Shown here: in pieces, positions 58,651 to 64,000 of the stretch
Position numbering within the stretch: the first letter of the stretch is position 1
Layout: each line of letters opens with the position of its first letter
Source: Bacillota bacterium
GTDB lineage: Bacteria > Bacillota > Sulfobacillia > Symbiobacteriales > Symbiobacteriaceae
Direction of reading: 5' to 3'
NCBI GenBank assembly: GCA_023623185.1
Contig: JAMNXV010000137.1
Coordinates: forward strand, 3,511 to 67,510
Length of the DNA: 64,000 bases
The notes under the pieces: generated by a model
The model's input: the letters and a program-made list of their open reading frames with translations, nothing else
Database searches by the model: none
What the model was told of the DNA's origin: nothing
Made by a program: the position numbers and the translations under genes

Positions 58651-59076
58651 TCACTTGGTCGACAGTCGGTTGCGCTGGGGCTCGGCAATCAGCCCCCACG
58701 TCCGCAGCGCCTCCAGCATGCCGTGGATCTGGATCACCGGCATGATCAGGGCGCTGACGAAGAAGGCCGTCCGGGAGACGGAATGGTCCGCGTAGAACGC
58801 GACGACCAGGAAGTTGAGGCCGAGGTAACCCACCAGCGTCAGCGCGGCGACGCCCAGGTAGGACAGGAAGAACAGTGCTGCGCCGAGCCGGCGCAGGCCA
58901 GAGAGCAGCGCCAGCACCGCCGACATGGGCACGACCAGCATCAGGAACGCCAGCGCCACCTCATAGACGACGCCCGGCCGCCCGGAAAGGCCCACGGTGC
59001 TCGCCACGTGCACCGCCGCGGCGGCCACGTGCAGCACCAGCGCCGGCAGGAGATCGCGCACCGTCTTCCAACCCAT
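58651..59076 (-). CDS. Hypothetical 4-TM membrane protein
   Basis: GAGGGG RBS, hydrophobic helices, terminator hairpin at about 58617-58644. Confidence 0.7.
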   Translation of the reverse strand: MGWKTVRDLLPALVLHVAAAAVHVASTVGLSGRPGVVYEVALAFLMLVVPMSAVLALLSGLRRLGAALFFLSYLGVAALTLVGYLGLNFLVVAFYADHSVSRTAFFVSALIMPVIQIHGMLEALRTWGLIAEPQRNRLSTK

Positions 59077-59248
59077 GGCCCGTCTCGCCCCCTCGTCGCG
59101 CACCCTCCTGGCGTCAGTATACCCGTACCCGGCGCCGCCTCCCATCGGTGCCCGTAACGATTCGGCCGCAGCCGCCCTGGAGCGGCTGCCCTAAGCCCGT
59201 TACAGTAGCGGCCGCCCCCGAAGGGGCGGCCGCCATAGCCCAAAAGCA

Positions 59249-59695
59249 TCAGCCCAAGAGTTGCTCCAGTTTGGGGCCGAGGTTCTGGAGTCCCTTGTCT
59301 CCCGCGGCCCGGAAGAAAAGGTTTCCCTGGGCGTCGAAGAGAAAGAAGGCAGGTACGAACTGGTTCTGGAACGCCTGCGCCAGGGCGTGCCGGTGGTCGA
59401 GAAGCACCGGCTGCGTGATTCCGTACTGCTCGATGTCGCGCTCGACCTTGGCCGTGTCCAGGTCGCCCTCCTCCTTGGGCATGTGAATGGCCACCACCTT
59501 CAGCCCCTTCGGCTGGTAGGTGTCGCGGTACTGCGAAACCTGATCCATGACCTCGTGGCAGATGTGGCAGGAGACGGCCCAGAAGTGCACCAAGGTCGGG
59601 TGACCGTTCAGCGCTTTGGGGTCGAAGCCTTCGGCGTTATAGGACCCGGTCGCCCCTTCCAGCGGGGGCATCGGGCTGCCAAGGCGCATGGGCAT
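59249..59695 (-). CDS. ykuV: TlpA-like thiol-disulfide oxidoreductase YkuV (AhpT)
   Basis: LVHFWAVSCHIC, AIHMP, FQNQFVPA. Confidence 0.85.
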   Translation of the reverse strand: MPMRLGSPMPPLEGATGSYNAEGFDPKALNGHPTLVHFWAVSCHICHEVMDQVSQYRDTYQPKGLKVVAIHMPKEEGDLDTAKVERDIEQYGITQPVLLDHRHALAQAFQNQFVPAFFLFDAQGNLFFRAAGDKGLQNLGPKLEQLLG

Positions 59696-59712
59696 GAAGC
59701 AGGCCTCCTTCG

Positions 59713-60252
59713 CTAAACCTGGAGCAGAGACTCGCCGGGCTTCCAGTTGGCCGCGCACAGGCCGCCGGCCTGCAGGGCCTCGAGCACGCGCAGGACCTCA
59801 TCGACGTTGCGGCCGATGTTGTTGTCGTGGACCACCTGGTAGCGGACGATGCCCTCGGGGTCGATGATGAAGAGGCCGCGCAGGGCAACGCCCTCCTCCT
59901 CAATCAGCACCTCGTAGGCCCTGGAGACCTCCTTGGTGATGTCGGAGGCCAGCGGGTAGTTGACGGGGCCGAGGCCGCCCTCCTCCTTCGGGGTCTTGAT
60001 CCAGGCCCGGTGCGAGTAGACAGAGTCGACCGACACGCCGAGGATCTCGCAGTTGGCGTCCTTGAACTCCTGCACCCGGTCGTTGAAGGCCGTGATCTCG
60101 GTGGGACACACGAAGGTGAAGTCGGCGGGGTAGAAGAACAGCACGAGCCACTTGCCCCGGTAATCGGCCAGGCTCACCGTCTGATCGAGCTTCTCCAGGT
60201 CCTTGGTGGACAGCATCGTGAAGTCAGGAGCCGGCTTGCCAACCAGTCGCAT
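59713..60252 (-). CDS. ykuU: 2-Cys peroxiredoxin YkuU (AhpA)
   Basis: FYPADFTFVCPTE, GGLCAANW. Confidence 0.88.
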   Translation of the reverse strand: MRLVGKPAPDFTMLSTKDLEKLDQTVSLADYRGKWLVLFFYPADFTFVCPTEITAFNDRVQEFKDANCEILGVSVDSVYSHRAWIKTPKEEGGLGPVNYPLASDITKEVSRAYEVLIEEEGVALRGLFIIDPEGIVRYQVVHDNNIGRNVDEVLRVLEALQAGGLCAANWKPGESLLQV

Positions 60253-60274
60253 CTAGCAAAGACCTCCTTGATAT

Positions 60275-60289
60275 TTAGAATCAATCTAA
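60275..60289. promoter_or_regulatory. PerR-box-like 7-1-7 site
   Basis: TTAGAATCAATCTAA next to the peroxiredoxin RBS. Confidence 0.6.
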
Positions 60290-60453
60290 GGGACTCCGGT
60301 TATTGAGACGCTGCGAACATGAGTTGGGTTACGTCTTGAAAGTTACGACTTTATCAAGACAGGACCCAGCGCTATCGACATACGCGGCGCCAGATCCAGT
60401 ATCTCCATTGTTGATCATTGCCATACTGCTGCTGGGGAAAGGAGTTTGTCGAC

Positions 60454-61215
60454 ATGACAACGAGAGCGCTGGTGATGGGAGGCGGCGGCGTGCTGGGCAT
60501 CGCCTGGATGGTCGGGCTGGCCGCCTCCTTGAAGGAAGGGAACGTGGACCTGGGTCAGGCAGACCTGGTGGTGGGCACGTCTGCCGGCTCGGTGGTCGGC
60601 ACGTTGATCCGGTACGGGGTCGACCCCACCCAGCTGACGGCGCTGGTGGAAGCCGGCATGGGCCTTCCGCCGGGCGCCGTGGCCAAGGTGGCAACGGGCG
60701 TCGGCCTCACCGAGGACGAGTGGGTCGGGATCTTCCAGGCCCCCCTGGGCGATGCGCCCTGGCCGGAGAAGCCGCTGCGCATCTCTGCCGTGGATGTGGA
60801 GACGGGCGAGCCGGTGATGTGGACCTGCGACTCCGGGGTGCCGCTGGCCCGGGCCCTGGCCTCCAGCTGCGCCGTGCCCAACCTGCTGCCCACCGTCACC
60901 ATCAACGGGCGGCAGTACCTGGACGGCGGGGCGCGCTCCGGCACACACGCCGACCAGGCGTTGGGCTACGACCGGGTGCTGATCGTCGCGCCGATGGGCG
61001 GTCCGAAGTACCCGCTGGGACACGAAATGCTGGAGAAGGAGCGCGCCGAGCTGGAGGCCGCCGGCTCCCGGGTGATGGTGGTGCTGCCCGACGCGGCCAC
61101 CCTGCAGGTGTTCGGCGACAACCTGATGGACCCCGCCCGCATATTTGAAGCCCTGACGGCCGGGCGCCGCCAGGGCGGGGAGCTGACCGGAGCCGTCCGG
61201 GACTTCTGGGGCTAG
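60454..61215 (+). CDS. Patatin-like phospholipase
   Basis: GGGGVLG, GTSAG, ASSCAVP, DGG. Confidence 0.92.
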   Translation: MTTRALVMGGGGVLGIAWMVGLAASLKEGNVDLGQADLVVGTSAGSVVGTLIRYGVDPTQLTALVEAGMGLPPGAVAKVATGVGLTEDEWVGIFQAPLGDAPWPEKPLRISAVDVETGEPVMWTCDSGVPLARALASSCAVPNLLPTVTINGRQYLDGGARSGTHADQALGYDRVLIVAPMGGPKYPLGHEMLEKERAELEAAGSRVMVVLPDAATLQVFGDNLMDPARIFEALTAGRRQGGELTGAVRDFWG

Positions 61216-63029
61216 GGGGCGCCCTCCTCGTCCAGCTCAATCCCGGCCATCCGGATCAGGTGGAGCGCGTTGCGGGTCGGCGAGATGCCCGGCCGCAGCT
61301 TGTAGTCGAAGCGAATCTCGTTCCCCTCGTAGTACTCCCTGAAGTGGTAATTGATGATGCGCCCGCCGCTTTCGCGCTCCAGCTCGCCCAGCTCCAGGTC
61401 GTGGGTGGAGACGAGCCCGATCGCCCCGGCCCGCTGGAGCTGGCTGATGAGGGCCCTGGCTCCGGTGTGCCGGTCGCGGGAGTTGGTGCCCTTGAAGATC
61501 TCGTCCAGCAGGAAGCAGACCCTGGCGCCGCCGCGGACCGCCTCCACGATGCGCTTGATGCGGAGGATCTCGGCGTAGAATGCGGAGATGCGCTGCTGTA
61601 GGTTGTCCTCCACCCGCATGCACGTCCAGAGCTGGACGCGCGGGCAGGCGAACCGGGCGGCGCAGACCGGCGCGCCGGCGTAGGCCAGCACCAGGTTGAC
61701 GCCGACCGTGCGCAGGAAGGTGGACTTGCCCGACATGTTCGAGCCGGTGATGACCGCGACGCGCACCGGCTCGACCAGCGCGAAGTCGTTGCACACGCGG
61801 CCGTCCCCGATGAGCGGGTGGCCCATCCCGGCCCCGGTGATGCCGGCGCGCCGGCCTTCCGCGATCTCGGGAAACGCCCAGTCCGGGTGCTCGAAGCGGA
61901 CGATGGCCAGGCTCGCCAGCGCCTCGACCTCGCCCAGGGTGCGCAGCCAGGTCGGCAGCAGCCGCCCCGACTCCCGCTTCCAGGCCTCCAGGGAGATCAT
62001 GCAGTGAATGTCCCACAGAAGGACGATGTTGAGGATCAGGAACATGGCGTTGGCCCGGTTCGAGATGCGCTCGGCGATCCGGGAGAGGCGGCGCACCTGC
62101 AGGTGGGCCGCCTCTCCCCTTCCGCTCCGCAGCTGCGCCTGCCGGTCCCGCAGCCAGGGGGAGCTGAACGTCCGCGTTTCCAGGTGCCGGAGCATGCCGG
62201 CGTAAGTCCTCAGCTCACGCTCCTGCCGGAAGACGGCGTTCAGCGCCTGCGATCGCGCCGCGCCACCTGTGCGCAGGAGCAGGAAGTGCAGGGCCAGCAT
62301 GGCCACAGGGGCCTGCCAGGTCAGGCGGCCCAGGAAGGAGAGCCCGATCACCAGAAGCGCCGCGCCGGGCAGGGCCCAGGCCCCGAACCGAACCAGCGGG
62401 TGCGCGTAGAGCGGGTGCGACTGCCTGGCCCACTCCAGCAGCGGCTCCACAGGCCCCAGCTCCCCGGCGGCCTGGAGCGCCTCGGCCTCCAGCCGCTGGC
62501 GCCATCCCAGGGCCGGCGCCAGCTCCGCCACCGCCTGCTGCCGCGCCTGAATCTCCCCCGGTTCCGGGGGCGGCCCGGTCAGCAGCCGGGCCAGGGCGGC
62601 GCGCCCGGGCGCGGTGTGGCTCGCGCTCAGCCACTGGAAGACGGAACCCTGGCCGAACAGGTCCAGGTCGGAGGCGAAGGGGTGCTCGTCGTCCGCAAAT
62701 TCCGCCCCGGTGTCCGGGAATGCGCCCCAGCGGCCGGCGATCCGCTCCACCCCCGTGCGGTTGATCTCCGCCAGGGTCTCCGTGTACCGGAGCCGGCGCA
62801 GGACCCGCCCGTGGCGGCGCGCGAGAAAGGCAAACGGGATGGCGGACAGAGCAGCGGCGCCCCACGCGGCCCGGGGGCCCACGGCACGGTACAGAAGCAC
62901 GGCCAGCAGCAGGCCGGCGAGCGCGACCCCCAGGCGCGCGTTGCTGAGCCTTACGGCCGCCTGCCGCTGCCTGTCGCCCAGCCGCCGGTAGGCTGCCTCG
63001 CGGCGCGCGTAGATGTGTTGGGGCTGCAA
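61212..63029 (-). CDS. Membrane-associated MutS domain V (MutS-related) ATPase
   Basis: TM segments, DLDLFG.GS, TGSNMSGKST, SAFYAE, DEIFKGTNS, STHD; no mismatch-binding domain. Confidence 0.9.
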   Translation of the reverse strand: MQPQHIYARREAAYRRLGDRQRQAAVRLSNARLGVALAGLLLAVLLYRAVGPRAAWGAAALSAIPFAFLARRHGRVLRRLRYTETLAEINRTGVERIAGRWGAFPDTGAEFADDEHPFASDLDLFGQGSVFQWLSASHTAPGRAALARLLTGPPPEPGEIQARQQAVAELAPALGWRQRLEAEALQAAGELGPVEPLLEWARQSHPLYAHPLVRFGAWALPGAALLVIGLSFLGRLTWQAPVAMLALHFLLLRTGGAARSQALNAVFRQERELRTYAGMLRHLETRTFSSPWLRDRQAQLRSGRGEAAHLQVRRLSRIAERISNRANAMFLILNIVLLWDIHCMISLEAWKRESGRLLPTWLRTLGEVEALASLAIVRFEHPDWAFPEIAEGRRAGITGAGMGHPLIGDGRVCNDFALVEPVRVAVITGSNMSGKSTFLRTVGVNLVLAYAGAPVCAARFACPRVQLWTCMRVEDNLQQRISAFYAEILRIKRIVEAVRGGARVCFLLDEIFKGTNSRDRHTGARALISQLQRAGAIGLVSTHDLELGELERESGGRIINYHFREYYEGNEIRFDYKLRPGISPTRNALHLIRMAGIELDEEGAP

Positions 63030-63128
63030 CTGTGATGCACCTCCCCTGCCTCAGTGTACCTCGTATCAACACGGATACCCCGGCCGCCAGCGCTTCTCCG
63101 GCGGCCGGGGTGAGCCTGTATGAGGGAA

Positions 63129-63566
63129 CTACCGGACGATCAGCACCGGGCAGGGGGCGGTGCGCAACACCTTGTCGGATACACTGCCCAGCAGCAGCTC
63201 CTTGATGGGGCTGAGGCCGCGGCTGCCCATGACGATGAGGTCGACCTCTTCCAGCCGGGCGTAGTCGACGATCTCCTCCGCCGGCTCGCCCACCTGCACC
63301 TCGGTGACCACCTGCGACTCCGGCAGGCCGAGTGCGGACACGGCCTTGCGCAGGATGGGCTCGCCGGTGCGGCGGATCAGCACATCCATCGGCACTTCGG
63401 GCGTCACCTTGTTGCCGAACTCATCGGTGGCGTAGTAGGCGCGGGGAACATGCGCCACGTACAGCACGATGACCTGCCCATTCTTCAGCGAGGCCAGCTC
63501 ACCCGCCACCCGGGCGGCGTGCAGGGAGCTCTCGCTGCCGTCGGTCGCGAGCAGAATCTTTTTCAC
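63129..63566 (-). CDS. Universal stress protein
   Basis: KILLATDGS, GEPAEEI, DLIVMGSRG, LLGSVS, PCPVL. Confidence 0.93.
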   Translation of the reverse strand: MKKILLATDGSESSLHAARVAGELASLKNGQVIVLYVAHVPRAYYATDEFGNKVTPEVPMDVLIRRTGEPILRKAVSALGLPESQVVTEVQVGEPAEEIVDYARLEEVDLIVMGSRGLSPIKELLLGSVSDKVLRTAPCPVLIVR

Positions 63567-63730
63567 GACCCATCGCCTCCTCCATGTAAACCGTCGGGGT
63601 GCCGCTCCCCACCGGTACAGCACAATCCTCCTGTCTGAATCATAGCCGTGCCGGGGGATAGACCGGTATCGTTCATTGGACTGATTCTAATGTAGACTAA
63701 TTTCCGGACTGAGCCAAGTCACAACAGAGA

Positions 63731-63760
63731 GAAAAGGACCACCTGTCTGCACAGGTGGTC
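63731..63760 (-). terminator. Rho-independent terminator
   Basis: Minus strand GGACCACCTGT-gcag-ACAGGTGGTCC-TTTT. Confidence 0.8.
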
Positions 63761-63773
63761 CGCTTGATCTATA

Positions 63774-64000
63774 TTACCGGGGCGGGGGATCGCCGGCCAG
63801 TCCCGTACGGATGGCATACCCCACGGCCTCAGACCGGTTGCGCAGATGCAGCTTCTCGAGAATGTGCCGCATGTGGTTCTTGACCGTGGACTCCGCCACG
63901 TAGAGCTTGGCTGCGATCTCCTTATAGGTAAGGCCGGTGGAGGCCAGGCGCAGCACCTCGATCTCCCGGGGAGAGAGCTGCTGCCCAGGCTGCTTGCCTG
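63774..64000 (-). CDS. LuxR/NarL-type HTH regulator, C-terminal part (5' end outside window)
   Basis: LSPREIEVLRL..TGLTYKEIA..L..AESTVKNHM..ILEKL. Confidence 0.88.
   Translation of the reverse strand, partial: GKQPGQQLSPREIEVLRLASTGLTYKEIAAKLYVAESTVKNHMRHILEKLHLRNRSEAVGYAIRTGLAGDPPPR

Noticed and set aside
61212-63029. Mismatch repair mutS
   Set aside because: Lacks mismatch-recognition domains and has TM helices; a known MutS-domain-V-only group

Overview
High-GC (about 70% by eye), gene-dense chromosomal window from a spore-former-like Bacillota; the gene set (YumC-type FNR, YkuU/YkuV, YknW/YknX, SLH protein, CtsR/PerR-type boxes) with this GC is consistent with a Symbiobacterium-like organism (inference). 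About 62 CDS, mostly metabolic, redox, envelope and stress genes: two aldehyde:ferredoxin oxidoreductases, a liv ABC operon, fabF, truD, sfsA, peptidases and two paralogous chemoreceptors. No rRNA, tRNA, CRISPR array, transposase or integrase was recognised. Most notable: (1) a kinase + HopA1-like lyase + stand-alone LanC cyclase operon (26754-30093) between twin MCP genes, with no precursor peptide nearby and a kinase that seems to lack part of its N-lobe; (2) a dispersed non-coding palindromic element present twice about 30 kb apart; (3) a gamma-SASP-like tandem-repeat small protein; (4) a HAD-fold protein lacking all catalytic motifs, coupled to ymfI; (5) a duplicated gene 3' end bracketing a thrC-ridA cassette. 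All family assignments come from motif recognition by eye, not database searches; start codons were chosen from RBS context.
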